A stretch of DNA of 64,000 nt from positions 62,001 to 126,000 of the forward strand of contig JAUCBJ010003953.1 of assembly GCA_032718475.1 (NCBI GenBank), read 5' to 3'. Each line of letters opens with the position of its first letter. The stretch's first letter is position 1. Under the pieces are notes generated by a model. It searched no databases. It had not been told where the DNA came from and saw only the letters and a program-made list of their open reading frames with translations. Origin of the DNA: Nemertoderma westbladi (lineage: Eukaryota > Animalia > Xenacoelomorpha). Both the position numbers and the translations under genes were made by a program. Of the stretch, positions 1 to 13,902 are shown one piece after another.

Positions 1-1805
1 GGGAGTCCAATTAAACACGCGATCAATCAATGTATGCGGTTGCGAAGTATCGCTGTTGAGTTGACAATACATGAAAGAATACGAGATTACTTTATACCAG
101 CGGATTTATTTATTAACGGTAACATAATATTTTGTTCTTATAAAAAGCCTATATTTCCCGCTCCTTAGGTGAAGTTTCATGAGCTTTAATATCACGGCGG
201 GAGAAAAAAGTAAAACATGTGATCTACTAAAACCAGATATACCAGTTCGAACTAATACACGAAATTAGTTATTATTATTATTAACATTTATAGATTTAGC
301 CGCCATATTTAGCAATTACAGTTCGCCTGTTATGTTGTAATCAAAATAAATAATAAAATACAAACTAAATACAAATAGTATAATTTAGATACAAAATTTA
401 AATATATTAAATAATTAAACAAAATATCCTTTTAAATTTAATAAATGCGTATGTTATTACACAGCAAAAAATCATCTGAAACATACGATTTTTCGAGTCG
501 AATAGCAACCATCATAGTCGAGACTTTATACATTAACATTCAAAATTAAAATTCATATGTTTAATACAGAAGAAAGTGACAGACTTTGACAGCTAGGAAG
601 CTGTCCTTATTACTCTATAATAAAGAGGTCTATATGCCTACAATAAAAACCTTAATAATGTAAACCAGTAACAACATATATGATATTATTGACATTTAAA
701 CAACTGACATAGCATCACTAGACCGATCTGCTGCTTGTAAAATTCATAATAATAACAGAAATAACTAATAATTAATAAATAATAACTTAAATGATTAAAA
801 AAACAATTTAATGATTAGGTTGGATTAAAAAAAGCAGTATCGTAGCCGACCGTTGACTTACTCGTATGTACAAATTTCTATGAATTCAATTATATCTATT
901 AAGAATCGAAGAATTTAAATCACGGTGTTGGAAAATCAGTTACAAGCAGGAACTGATCAGTTCAACTTTATGAAAACTACACGGGATGCGATGTGATTCA
1001 TTAAAGGAAGACGTATAGTATTCCTAGGACCAGAATACCAACAGTAATTCACAGATCAATGAAAACCTCTAGAATTACGCAGATATGACGGAACAGTGAG
1101 GACAATTAGTGATGAGGGAGGTAGAATTTCTCTGAAGTCGTGACCAACTCAATAAGAATGCGTTACCCATGGGGCATCCAATTCCTTTACCATGTCAACT
1201 GGTGCGTGACTTTGGCGACGGATTACCACAGAGCTTCCCTTAGCCGGATCAACTCATTGCAACGGCTAACATTTACATCAATTAATTCGAAGAATAAACA
1301 TAACGGGGAATTCCGTTCATTTAAGGCGATCTAATAAGATATTTTATGCGTATAAATCTTGGACGAGCCACGAATTTCGTGAGCCTCTTTGAAATCAGCA
1401 TTGTCCGTCGGTCTTTCTGCCGTCCGTTACAAGATTTCAACGACAATTTGAAATGAAAACATGACATAAAATGTTTCACATTTGCAAATGCCAGAGAAAT
1501 TCTCTCAGATCAGAGAGGGCACCGCAATGAGTAGCAAACATTCAAAATAAACATTCTTAAACTTAGTTTGATAGTTGAGATAACTTATATAACTTATCTA
1601 TTATTGTAAATTATCTACAATTTGAAGAATATGATTACCATTATTACGCAATTAAAATGTAGGGTTCACGTATATTTTAAAATTTTTTTTCAAAAATTTT
1701 TTTTTTAAATAATTCTTAGCCGCAGCTAACTGTAGGCTCAGAATATAAAACGAAATTCGGAAAGTACCAGTACTGCTATTCCTATGCATAAAAATTCAAA
1801 TTTAT

Positions 1806-2824
1806 GGATCTAGGACACTTCCCCCCGGACAGTTCCCCCCGGGACACTTCCCCCCGGACAGTTCCCCCCGGGACACTTCCCACCGGACAGTTCCCCCCCC
1901 CCCAGACACTTCCCCCCCGGACAGTTCCCCCCCGGACACTTCCCCACGCCCAAGTAGGACGCTTCCCCCCCGGACACTTCCCCCCGGACACTTCCTCCCG
2001 GACACTTCCCCCCCAGTTAAAGTGTTAAAATTAATCTGGGTGCATCAAAGCAATAAACAAAAGTTAAAGATGGTTACAGGACAAGTTGTATCTAGACAAG
2101 TTTTTTCAAAATTATAAAAGAAACATTTTTATTGTCAAATTTTGTTTGTTTTTCTTTTAATTGGGGGTGCCGCCCCTAAACCCCGGCATTTCCTTGTGTG
2201 CCCGTGGTGAAAGACTTTAGGACCATTTTGAAAAAATTAATTCATGTTTGTATCATCAGGCCGGGAAATTTAATTAATTTATCAATATGTAATGCTGAAC
2301 ACAGAATACAGGTCGACGCATGTCGATTTTACCCTGGAAAGGTATAATTTTGATTGCAACAATAATATTCATCAACATCTGCTACAATTTGAAGAAGACT
2401 ATTACATAATAATACCTATAATTAAAACAATTTATTATTATAATTCTATAGTTAATAAAAACAGTATATCTTTCGGGGGATGGAATTTATAGGACATCTA
2501 ATTAATTGTTTAAAGATTAGCAAACAATACGATGTAATTGCATTGATAAAATCGATGAAAAGAAATAAAAAATTGATACAACTTGTCTGGATACAAGCGG
2601 TCCGTTTAACTTACAAAATGAAAAATAAGAATGTGCGAAGTTAAGAACAGTCGGGGGGGGGGTGTCCGGGGGAGAACTGTCTGGGGGGAAAGTGTCCGGG
2701 GGAGAAGTGTCTGGGGGAGAAGTGTCCGGGGGAGAAGTGTCTGGGGGGGAAGTGTCCGGGTGGAAGTGTCCTATTTGAACGGGGGGGGGGGGGGGGACTG
2801 TCCGGGGGGAAGTGTCCGCACACC
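1806..2824. mobile_element. Non-autonomous Mutator/foldback-like DNA transposon with tandem-repeat subterminal arms
   Basis: Termini GGATCTAGGACACTTCC / GGAAGTGTCCGCACACC are inverted. Arms are arrays of GGACA(C/G)TTCCCCCC (1812-2014) and its reverse complement (2652-2820). Exact 9-bp direct repeat CAAATTTAT at 1797-1805 and 2825-2833. Confidence 0.8.
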
Positions 2825-4390
2825 CAAATTTATAATATAGGCATGATGACGTATCAAACGCTTGACTCCATAAAAGGAAGAAGAAGTGGTGCGAACATCA
2901 CAGAACCATCCATAATTTTCTGGAATTGGCTTCGCTTAATCATTCGTTTATATTTAATTTGACAGCATCTATTAATTAAATCCCAGCAAACTGAAAATGT
3001 ACCCCGGTTGTATCTGTAAGTTTAACTTTCTTTTCGAAACGATTTGCTATCAATTCAATCTCGCAAGCCTTTCGAGAGAAGAGAGGGATCCCGCGGGATC
3101 TCCCGAGAAGGGGCCCGCGCATCAACCCTAAATAAAATCCATCAATCGCTCGGGAACACACGGCGCTGCCAGCGAACGTGAGCGAGGGAATCTGATAAGA
3201 AGGCAAGGCCTGCCTACTAAGCTTTATTATCGAAACACGAAACTCTAACTCGGGCTGGATCGAGTGGACATGCGTGCGGATGGTAGATACACGGAAGGGA
3301 AGGGATGAGAGCTTATTGGAGGCTTAGGGAGGCCGCCACCGATATATCGTGGACAGGAATAATCCCTGAGGAATAACGTAGGGCAGAATGGCCAGTGTGA
3401 TCAATAAACTACGTAGTGCATTAGGTAAGGTAGCAATAGAAGCGTGCCGCGAGAAACGATGCTGAATTTAGCGAGATAAAGAGAGTAGTATAGTTAAGGT
3501 TGCGTTTATGCTTGCCCCTCACTCCTTTTGGGCGACTGACGTAGCCCCCCCAGCTAATGTACGTACATTCCCGCAAGTCTCTTAGCATCTCCTCCCCCAA
3601 ACATCTTGTGATACCCTACACTTCGGATGCAAGCAACAGGCATCAGATATGGATGTATTCATATATAATCCATGGGATGCTAAATGGATAAATACACGGT
3701 ACTGGGTTGCCTTTGTGTTCATTCTGCGTGACATAGCAACTGGCGAGCATATAAATATCAAACCATTATCGCCGTTTGATAAACATGGGTAGGGACTACT
3801 AGCACACTACAACTATAGGCAGTGCTCCTATAATGGAAACACGCGGATTCGGTGTCCAGCATTTATGGTCAAAATATAAAAATACTATTGTTTTGCAGAA
3901 TATTTCAGCGCTTGATTGCACCTTGTAAGTGTCATATGAATGTCCCGCTGTGTTCAATGGATTCGTCTGGGAGCGGGTAAGGTGCATCATAGCTATCATC
4001 ATCGTGAACAATGGCAAACTGGCAAGAATAACAATCAATTAAAACATCTCACTGGGATTCCCCGCCAACACTGGCGATGATTTGCGTGGAATGCGCTTTT
4101 ATTTATGATTTATTATTTATGATTTTTTTCAAACTTCTCAAGTTTCATGCGTTTTCTTATTGGACTTTACTTATTGATGCTATAAACACCATAAAAGTAA
4201 AAGTGCTACTAAGAAAGGTAATACCATTAACCTGAACATCAGTACAATATGCATAATTCGAATGTTCAATTCATTTTGTAATGTAATTTAAATGTAATTA
4301 TGATGTGTTATGACCTGAGTTTACATAGTACCGAGCGTGCGCAACGAGGGAGGTTCACATCACAATTCGTAATTTTGTTATATTGTCAAC

Positions 4391-4703
4391 TAAAGGCCAT
4401 GATACACCACAGGAGCGGCGAGCGGCAGCGGCGGGCGGCCGCGGTGAGCGGCGACTTTTAGTATGATACACTATAGGAGCGGCGAGCGGCAGCGGCGGGC
4501 GACCGCGGCGAGCGGCCGATGTGAGCGGCGACTTTTAGTATGATACACTATAGGAGCGGCGAGCGGCAGCAGCCACTTGTGGTGTATCATCACCCATAAA
4601 AAATAATGTGTTCTATTTTTAAAAAGTGGCCGCACGCCGCGGCCGCTCGCCGCTGCCGCTCCCTGCTGCCGCTCGCCGCTCATGTGGTGTATCATGGCCT
4701 TTA
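4391..4703. mobile_element. MITE with palindromic termini
   Basis: TAAAGGCCATGATACACCACA at 4391 and its exact reverse complement ending at 4703. Internal GAGCGGCGAGCGGCAGC repeats occur in both orientations. Confidence 0.8.
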
Positions 4704-4879
4704 GGAACAATAATAAAATTATTATCCTTTTTATGCAATTAATTGAGGTTACTGTAACAACTGTAGGCCTACTAGAAATAATCTTACACTTGGCCAACAA
4801 TGGCTATTATAAATGGAGAATACTCGGTTGTGTTCTAGAAATTTATTGTTACTATGGCTCTACGTTTCATGGAATGGAA

Positions 4880-5350
4880 TAAAATGTCATTCTAGAATTG
4901 TTATCTTGTTGTTGTCAAGGAACTAGGTGAATGATTAAAATTTGCGCGCCAGTATTTTCCAGACGACGATGGATTCTGTTCTTGAGATTTTTATAAGTGA
5001 GTAAAGGGAATAAAATAATATCAAAATACATTTTAATTTGTTTAGATTACCGTTGCCAAGGTAATAAGTATAATTACAAATTGTAATAATTGTTTACCGT
5101 TTTTATTCGGTTTGTAATAATAATAATAAGTATAATAATAAGAAATAATAAGTAGGAAAAGTATGGCAAAGTATGGCAAAGTAACGTTTACAAAAGTCAC
5201 CGTAGAAACGTGATCATAAAAATATTCAATTTACTCAACTACCAAAACTCAAGAACAGAATCCCCCGTCATCTCGAATTAAAAGCGCGCAAAGTTTGAAC
5301 TTTGCACCCCTTACCTTAGCAACAACAAGATACAAATTCCAGAAATACAT
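4880..5350. mobile_element. Degenerate foldback/MITE
   Basis: Diverged inverted arms, e.g. TATCTTGTTGTTG vs CAACAACAAGATA and GATTCTGTTCTTGAG vs CTCAAGAACAGAATC. Ends approximate. Confidence 0.5.
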
Positions 5351-6054
5351 TTTATGACACTTCTATGAAGTTTAGTCATCATATCCACCTAACCGAAGTA
5401 GCATATAATCAGTTTCTAAGGGAATATTATGAAACAAGTTCGATAAATAGGAAAATTATCTGCCCATCCTAATTTCAGCAATCAGCACGCTGCATGATAT
5501 TTAGTACCGGTACACCTTAGCCGTAACACTGTAAAGTGGTACTTCGCTGCGTTTCATGGATTGCACCAGAACGCTGATAGAAATTGACATAATGTCAAAA
5601 AGTAAATAATACCTTAATTAATTGATTTTGATTGACTACAACAATGTAATATTTGTCAAATACAAAGCACAAGTTTTGCCTTTATTACACTAGGTTTGCA
5701 ACCGTGCTTGTGGCACGGAATGTCCAGTATGATATCATTATCCCTACGTAGCAATTAACTAAATGGATTCTATAGATCCGACCTTGCCTGGTTGGTACCC
5801 GTCATAATTTATCAGGAATATTTTGTGAGGTCAAATTGTGGAAACCCGTATCTACCGCGATACTTCGCAGGGAATGCCTGTCAGAATAAAAAATAAAGGG
5901 AGGATATATGCGAGGTCGAGAGCAACAGGAAATTGGGTTTCAGAAAACCAAATGGCAATGGGTCGAGGGAGAATCTCTCCCGTGCTAATCCCAGATGTCA
6001 CAAGCATTGGGCGTCAAAACATCTATGTCTCCAATTAATAAACGATTCCAATAA

Positions 6055-7570
6055 AGATTTTGGCAACAAAAAATATATTCCGGCCAATTCCAGAAACTAC
6101 GATGTCTTTGGCAACAAAAAATAAATTCCGGCCAATTCTAGAAACTACGATGTCTTTGGCAACAAAAAATATATTCCGGCCAATTCTAGAAACTACGATG
6201 ACTTTGGCAACAAAAAATAAATTCCGGCCAATTCTAGAAACTACGATGACTTTGGCGACAAAAAATAAATTCCGGCCAATTCTAGAAACTACGATGTATT
6301 TGGCAACAAAAAATAAATTCCGGCCAATTCTAGAAACTACGATGACTTTGGCAACAAAAAATAAATTCCGGCCAATTCTAGAAACTACGATGTCTTTGGC
6401 AACAAAAAATATATTCCGGTCCAATTCCAGAAATTACGATGTCTTTGGCAACAAAAAATATATTCCGGTCCAATTCTAGAAACTACGATGACTTTGGCGA
6501 CAAAAAATAAATTCCGGCCAATTCTAGAAACTACGATGTCTTTGGCAACAAAAAATATATTCCGGCCAATTCTAGAAACTACGATGACTTTGGCAACAAA
6601 AAATAAATTCCGGCCAATTCTAGAAACTACGATGTCTTTGGCAACAAAAAATATATTCCGGCCAATTCTAGAAACTACGATGACTTTGGCAACAAAAAAT
6701 AAATTCCGGCCAATTCTAGAAACTACGATGACTTTGGCAACAAAAAATAAATTCCGGCCAATTCTAGAAACTACGATGTCTTTGGCAACAAAAAATATAT
6801 TCCGGCCAATTCTAGAAACTACGATGACTTTGGCAACAAAAAATAAATTCCGGCCAATTCTAGAAACTACGATGACTTTGGCGACAAAAAATAAATTCCG
6901 GCCAATTCTAGAAACTACGATGTATTTGGCAACAAAAAATAAATTCCGGCCAATTCTAGAAACTACGATGACTTTGGCAACAAAAAATAAATTCCGGCCA
7001 ATTCTAGAAACTACGATGTCTTTGGCAACAAAAAATATATTCCGGTCCAATTCCAGAAATTACGATGTCTTTGGCAACAAAAAATATATTCCGGTCCAAT
7101 TCTAGAAACTACGATGACTTTGGCGACAAAAAATAAATTCCGGCCAATTCTAGAAACTACGATGTATTTGGCAACAAAAAATAAATTCCGGCCAATTCTA
7201 GAAACTACGATGACTTTGGCAACAAAAAATAAATTCCGGCCAATTCTAGAAACTACGATGACTTTGGCAACAAAAAATATATTCCGGCCAATTCTAGAAA
7301 CTACGATGTATTTGGCAACAAAAAATAAATTCCGGCCAATTCCAGAACCTACGATTACTTTGGCAACAAAGAATATATTCCGGCCAATTCCAGAAACTAC
7401 GATGTCTTTGGCAACAAAAAATATATTCCGGTCCAATTCCAGAAACTACGATGACTTTGGCAACAAAAAATATATTCCGGCCAATTCTAGAAACTACGAT
7501 GACTTTGGCAACAAAAAATATATTCCGGTCCAATTCTAGAAACTACAGTACGATGTCTTTGGCAACAAAA
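6055..7570. repeat. 48-bp tandem repeat, about 31 copies
   Basis: Unit TTTGGCAACAAAAAATA(A/T)ATTCCGGCCAATTCTAGAAACTACGATG(T/A)C. Variant units recur about 626 bp apart (higher-order duplication). Confidence 0.95.
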
Positions 7571-8060
7571 ATGTCACTAGAGTCTTTTGAATTAACTGTG
7601 AACAGATAGTGAGATAGAAGAGCAGCAAGTGTACCGTTGAGTGTGATGTGTGAATGGGCTCCGGGTAGTGTAACACTGGCTTACCGCTTTAGCACCTTAG
7701 ACTAACCATTGGGACCAAACTACCTTTCAACGAGTAGTTTAACCGCCCTTGGGGTTATACATAGTGAGATGCATGAGAGGTTTGTTACATATGAACGACA
7801 GAATAAAAACATGATAAGTAATATACTGTACAACAAGTAAAATACAGTTAATTGTAATGTTACGAAATAATTACTGATGACAAGCCTCTGTGTAATAAAA
7901 AAAAAGTGTAATATATTTTAGGTGGAAAATCTCAACCCCAAAACGAAATTCTCGACCCAAAATTAGCAGTGGTTTTATAACAAGCGGATTGGGAGAGTAA
8001 AATTACTGTACTAAGTAGGCCTACATAAATATGAGATTGAGAAGACCACAGTATACATTA

Positions 8061-8662
8061 TTATCATTTTCGTTGGGAACAGCTTAGGAAATTCGGCAAT
8101 GACGTACAGGTGGGATCGAACTTGTGACCTCAACTATGGAAGTCTGACGCTCTAACCATTCAGCTAGCGGCTCAGGTAAAAGGTAGACCTGGAAATACTA
8201 CCTGATACCTTGTATGTCAGCAGTTTACCTCCTTGTGGTCTCCATTGTCCTGCTAGAATTGGTATTTAGAGTGTATTATGAATATTACAGGCCGTGAAGG
8301 TTCATGGTTAATATACCCTACCATTTAATTGTAGTAAGTGGCTGAAGACGGTAAGGTAGGCAGGTACTGTAGGGTTGAGCACAGTGGCAGCAGATGATGG
8401 TATGGGTATTGACAGATGCGAGGCCATGAAGGGGGAAATACAATGTACCGGGTAGTATTTCCAGGTCTATCGTTTACCTGAGCCGCTAGCTGAATGGTTC
8501 GAGCGTCAGACTCCCATCATTGAGATCACCTGTTCGATCCCACCTGGACGTCTCTGCAGACTTTGCTAAGCTGTGCCCAACAAAAGTTACAACAATATGA
8601 AACCAGTCATTCACCCAAACATACATACAATACAAACATACAATACAATACAATACATGTAT
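8061..8662. mobile_element. tRNA-derived SINE-like element with head-to-head inverted tRNA-like arms
   Basis: Inverted arms ~8072-8210 and ~8442-8581, each with A-box-like TAGCTGAATGG and B-box-like GTTCGATCCC. (CAATA)n tail at 8620-8657. Flanking direct repeat AGTATACATTA at 8050-8060 and 8663-8673. Confidence 0.6.
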
Positions 8663-9689
8663 AGTATACATTACATTACAGTATACATGGATATTTGAAC
8701 AACGCTGCCCAGGCTGAAGTACAAATTAACTACTGTAGGCTTATAATCAGTTAGATACTGTAAGGACCGGTTATGTCGATTTTTCTTAACCAAAAATAAA
8801 AGTTCACGAGTAAAATTGCTTACCGATAGATCTAAACGAGTTCATCCCATCCCGTTGAGAAGAGACGTTATTAAATATTATTGAATAATAATTCTGAAAT
8901 AATTGAAAATAATAACTGAATAGTTGTTGAATTAAATTACTCCCGTTCATTTCTCGATCCATCCCCGACCCTACCATACACTGTAGGCTGTTGCCTCCCT
9001 ACTGTGTCCCGAACAACGATAATTTATAAACAAAAATGAATTCCATTTCAATAAAATATACAAAACGAATATTTAATGTGCAGTAGCTTGACCACGCCTA
9101 CGCACGCAGCCTAAACTAGCCACGAGCCGCTTTTAAAATATACCGGTACCCGTCAATCTATCCGCGGGCCTTTCTAATCAAAACAATAAACTATTGAATT
9201 TTCAATTGAGTGGTGGCAGTAGGTTAGAGAGACGGGCTTTTTCAACCAAAACAATAAACAAACATTACCTATTGAGGGAAAAGAGCAGGTTACTAAGGCA
9301 TGCTTTTCTAACCAAAACAATATAACGATGTCGTCCAGATATTCACTGGTATCATAATAGAAGTAAACAAAACGTACTTTAAAAGCTAGGCCACAGTGAT
9401 AACATTCTGAATTTACAAAATTAATTAGCAGAATATACGAAAAGACGGCCAAAATATTTTAAATAGCGGACATATATAATTACTTTGTTCAAAATTCATC
9501 CCTCTCCGGGGTAAAACACCGAAATATCAGAACAGTTGAGCTGAATGTGCTGTCGACTTTCGCTTATTGCTTAGGTTAGAATAACGTGCTACTTTAACCT
9601 GAACCTGCTCCTTTCCATTAATTAATCATTATACTGTAGTTAATTTGCCGAGACGAGTTATAAATTGCCGAATTGGGGGAATCGTCAAG

Positions 9690-9721
<32 letters not shown>

Positions 9722-9929
9722 ACCCACTTCTCACTACTATTATTACTGCCTGCACATGTACTTTGAGTAAATAATGGGTAACCGGTACATCAAATATTTA
9801 ACATACCGCTTTATGTGTGTAACTTGAATTGAATGGGTCCTCAGAATAATGCCATGAATAACATTAATACTAATTGTATAGGAGTGAATGGGATAGCGAC
9901 CGAACACTTATTGACCATCCGCATAGCTG

Positions 9930-10600
9930 ATAGGGAGGGAGATAGAGCGAGAGAGAGGGAGAAGAGGGAGTGATGGAGGGAGTGGGGAGAGCGGTGGGTG
10001 TTGCGATGGTGGTGGGAGTGGGGAGTAGGGAGAGCTGTGTGCGGTGGTTATCTGAGGGAGTAGGGAGAGCGGTGGGTGGTGGGATGGTGGTGGGAGTGGG
10101 GAGTAGGGAGAGCGGTGGGTGGTGGGATGGTGGTGGGAGTGGGGAGTAGGGAGAGCGGTGGGTGGTGGGATGGTGGGGGGGGGGGGGGGTGGGGAGTAGG
10201 GAGAGCGGTGGGTGGTGTGATGGTGGTGGGATGGTGGTGGGAGTGGGGAGTAGGGAGAGCGGTGGGTGGTGGGATGGTGGTGGGAGTGGGGAGTAGGGAG
10301 AGCTGTGTGCGGTGGTGATCGGAGGGAGTAGGGAGAGCGGTGGGTGGTGCAATGGTGGTGGGAGTAGGGAGAGCGGTGGGTGGTGCGATGGTGGTGGGAG
10401 TGGGGAGTAGGGAGAGCTGTGTGCGGTGGTGATCGGAGGGAGTAGGGAGAGCGGTGGGTGGTGCAATGGTGGTGGGAGTAGGGAGAGCGGTGGGTGGTGC
10501 GATGGTGGTGGGAGTGGGGAGTAGGGAGAGCGGTGGGTGGTGGGATGGTGGTGGGAGTGGGGAGTAGGGAAAGCGGTGGGTGGTGGGATGGTGGGTGTGC
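9930..10600. repeat. G-rich minisatellite with G-quadruplex potential
   Basis: Repeats of GGTGGTGGGAGTGGGGAGTAGGGAGAGCGGTGGGTGGTGGGAT with variants. Confidence 0.9.
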
Positions 10601-13600
10601 GGTGGTGATGGCTGCGAACCTAAGTCTCCATCAAGCTAATTTAGGTCCTCAAATTAATGGTGTTGTTACATCAAGGGGAAATTAGATCCTCTTGTGACGA
10701 ATTGGATGCCCCTTAGGGAGAGGTAAGGTCCACTGCGCGTCTTGCGTAGAGTAATAAAAGACCATTCTGTAGTAGTTCAGCATGCTACATGACTCGACCC
10801 ATACTAAACTTGAAGTTTGAACTAAAATAATGTCGTGGTATTCTTTGTTTTACGTGTCAAATCGTATAAGATAAGGTGGCAGAGTCAATAAACTTATATA
10901 TTACACTAGTAACGGTATTTAACTTTGCTGCAAAGCCGACTTCTAACAATGAACTGACTGTACAAATTATTTATCTAACAAATTTTTTATATTTACAGGG
11001 AAATGACAGCCTATAATTTACTACAATGTGACCAACGACTGACAAAACTAAGATTATAAGATTGTTTACATGTATTTTTCACTCGTACAGTTGGTTTATG
11101 TAAACATCCCTCGCTACGCTCGCTCGGCACATAAATATACTCGCATCATAACGCTGAATAGTGCTACCGGTACTTTTCACACAGTGATGTAATTACTATA
11201 TACGTCATTGTTCATAAAGTAGCACTTTATACCCTTACGGCACTAGTGGCGACAGGGAGAAAAAATAACAAAATGAGGACCCTAATAACGTTTTAAGTGG
11301 AGGCAAAAAAGTTCACTTTTTTGTCGAGTGTTATCATTTGGAGAGCGTAGCGAGACAAATAAGAAAGCAAGACAAAAAATGTTACTTTTTTCCACCACTT
11401 ACGTCGTTTTATTTGTCTTATTCGTTTATTAGTCTTCTCTCACTTTTATCGGGGCCTATTTCAGCATAAATATCGTCCATCGAAGCTTCTTCCATAGTGA
11501 AATACGATGATATTTGATATTATAATATATGATATTTTTATTCGTTATGATATTATAATATTGTAGAATATTAAATAACCTGTGGATACCATCAGCGCTA
11601 TCTATTTAAATGTAATATTATTAATAATGTCTTGGAAATTACTTTGAAATTTAATTCGAACATTACTTTTTTTGTTGACAAAAAGTGTCCTTTTATTGTC
11701 AAACTTGTTAACGAATTTGACAAAAATGTGACTTACATCTTAAAGTGCTATTATGGAAAATAGCAAATCAAATTTTATTTATTTGTAGGTCGATAATACA
11801 TGTATGGAAGCGCCGGTGTTACGAATTACACACATTTCGTATGTTTTTGTATAATAATTTAGTGCCTTTTCTACGAGTACGGGCTATATTAAGGTACAGT
11901 ATGACGGGGTGACATACTGGACGAACATCGAAAACGCGTGGGGTAATGAATAAACTTAGAAATAATATCACAATGGCACTAAAATAATATCTTGCGCTGC
12001 TCGACTTGGTAGTGCGAAATTAATTCCACACAAATAAATCAATATTAATTTCATTGAGAACAAAAATATAAAAATAATAGTGCTTATTCACAGCACAACA
12101 GTGTAGGTTATTTTTCTATAGCACTGTGGTGCACTTACCTAACGGACCTAAACCTACTACGGAGTGTATTCTTCTGTAAGAATCAGCTACAAAAGTAATT
12201 GAACGACGGTGATTAATTGAATCTACAACAATCGCCTGGCCCTCTGTATATAACGATTATCTCATTTTTTTACAGCTTCCAAAAATAGTGGAACATCACA
12301 GATACAGTGTTACAGAATAAATGTAAAATTGCAATGAAAAAATTTTGTTATATATAAAATTGAGTAGTTGGATTGTTGCAGGACTATTTAACTAACAAAG
12401 ATAAAATAAAATACCTTGGTGTGCAGTAAAGAGTAAGCAAACAGTCCAACACGGGCACTAAACGCGGGAACCTGAGTTATATACATGCCTGCACGCGGAT
12501 GGGCAGCGAAAGGGTAACCCTGGCAACTGACGCCGTATCTCAGCGAATCAGATCATGCCGGTGATGGGAGAAGATGGATACTGTGTGGCGCTCTAGTAAG
12601 TGACAATTCTTGTGGGAGACCGACAGAATGTGTAAGTCCGAATCGAATACATGAGCCGAGAATTAAAAGCAAACTCAACGCAAAACAAATAATAATATCA
12701 CTATAAAAGCTCTTCATATACCGGATGTTTCTTTCTCTCCTAATTGTCATCTGGGTAGTTTTCTCGCCGACGGGGGCTACGTGTCTTAGACAGATGATAC
12801 ATGTCCTGCCCAGCCATGCGTGTAGCGCAGGAGGCCTGCAAACGTGTCTCCTTACAAATAGAGAAACCCGATGTTCATATATTCATCATCTCAACATAAA
12901 ATAAGATGCGAAAATCTACGAATTTCATATTCCTCACGCGTTGCGCATTGAACGCTTGAAGGTCCGTTCATATGTTCCAGTATATTATACTGTACAGTAT
13001 AACAATCAACCATGGATGTCTCCTCAATCTATGACGCAGCAACTAAATTGTAAATGTAACCTCACACTCCCTGGGGATATATTACCTACTGTACAAACGT
13101 TTGTAAGTGTAGCCACAAACACGTAGTTCTATAAAAACGACAAGAGAAAACTTGATTATTCAGCAACGAGAGATTGCGTACCAAAGGAATATAGAAAAAA
13201 CCCCCGAGGTGTGGTGGTTGATTAATGAAGTCGTCCTATGCGCTCAGCGTGCAGGCAGTTCCCCGCAGTGGACCGGCATTGAGATCGTCAGTTCGGGCGC
13301 GATATGCAGGGAATATTACGAGGAAAACAGTTCAATACGGATCCATACAACAAACACGAGGTTGGTTGACACGGCAGTTCTGAGCAAACAAAAAGGAACA
13401 GACACCATCAAGGTGATGATGAAATAAAAGCAATAATATCACCTTCCGCATGATGTATAAATTTGTGCGACTTACAGATCTCACTTCTCATAAAAAAACC
13501 TAGAAGATACATTATTATAAAAGTAAATAGGGGTGTACATGCTTGATGAGGTATTCAAAAATTAAACCGTATTAGGATAAATAAAGGGAAAAGGTCCCAT

Positions 13601-13902
13601 AGGGAAGGGACCTTTTCCCCTTAGCGCTTATAAAAATTTTTTTTACAAAAGTAACAGTAATTGTAAAGTGTGATATAAATTACTAGGGACTGTTACACCT
13701 ACAGCTGACATTGTTAAGACGAGGGCCTAGCCCACATCTACAACCAAACCAACAATCATATTAAAATCTCCAGAAGACCCCAGACCCAAATCACGTTCCA
13801 ACGTAACCTTGGGTAAGGTATCCACAGAATGTTTCAATAAACTTAATTAAAATCACTTTATTCGAAAATGGGAATATCATGTAACTCAACGGAATGTATA
13901 TT

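Noticed and set aside
6035-7539. Repetitive 16-aa ORFs and a CRISPR-like appearance
   Set aside because: Head-to-tail 48-bp repeat with no unique spacers and no cas genes.
8480-8555. Functional tRNA-Gly gene
   Set aside because: Acceptor and anticodon stems pair poorly; it is part of an inverted SINE-like pair.
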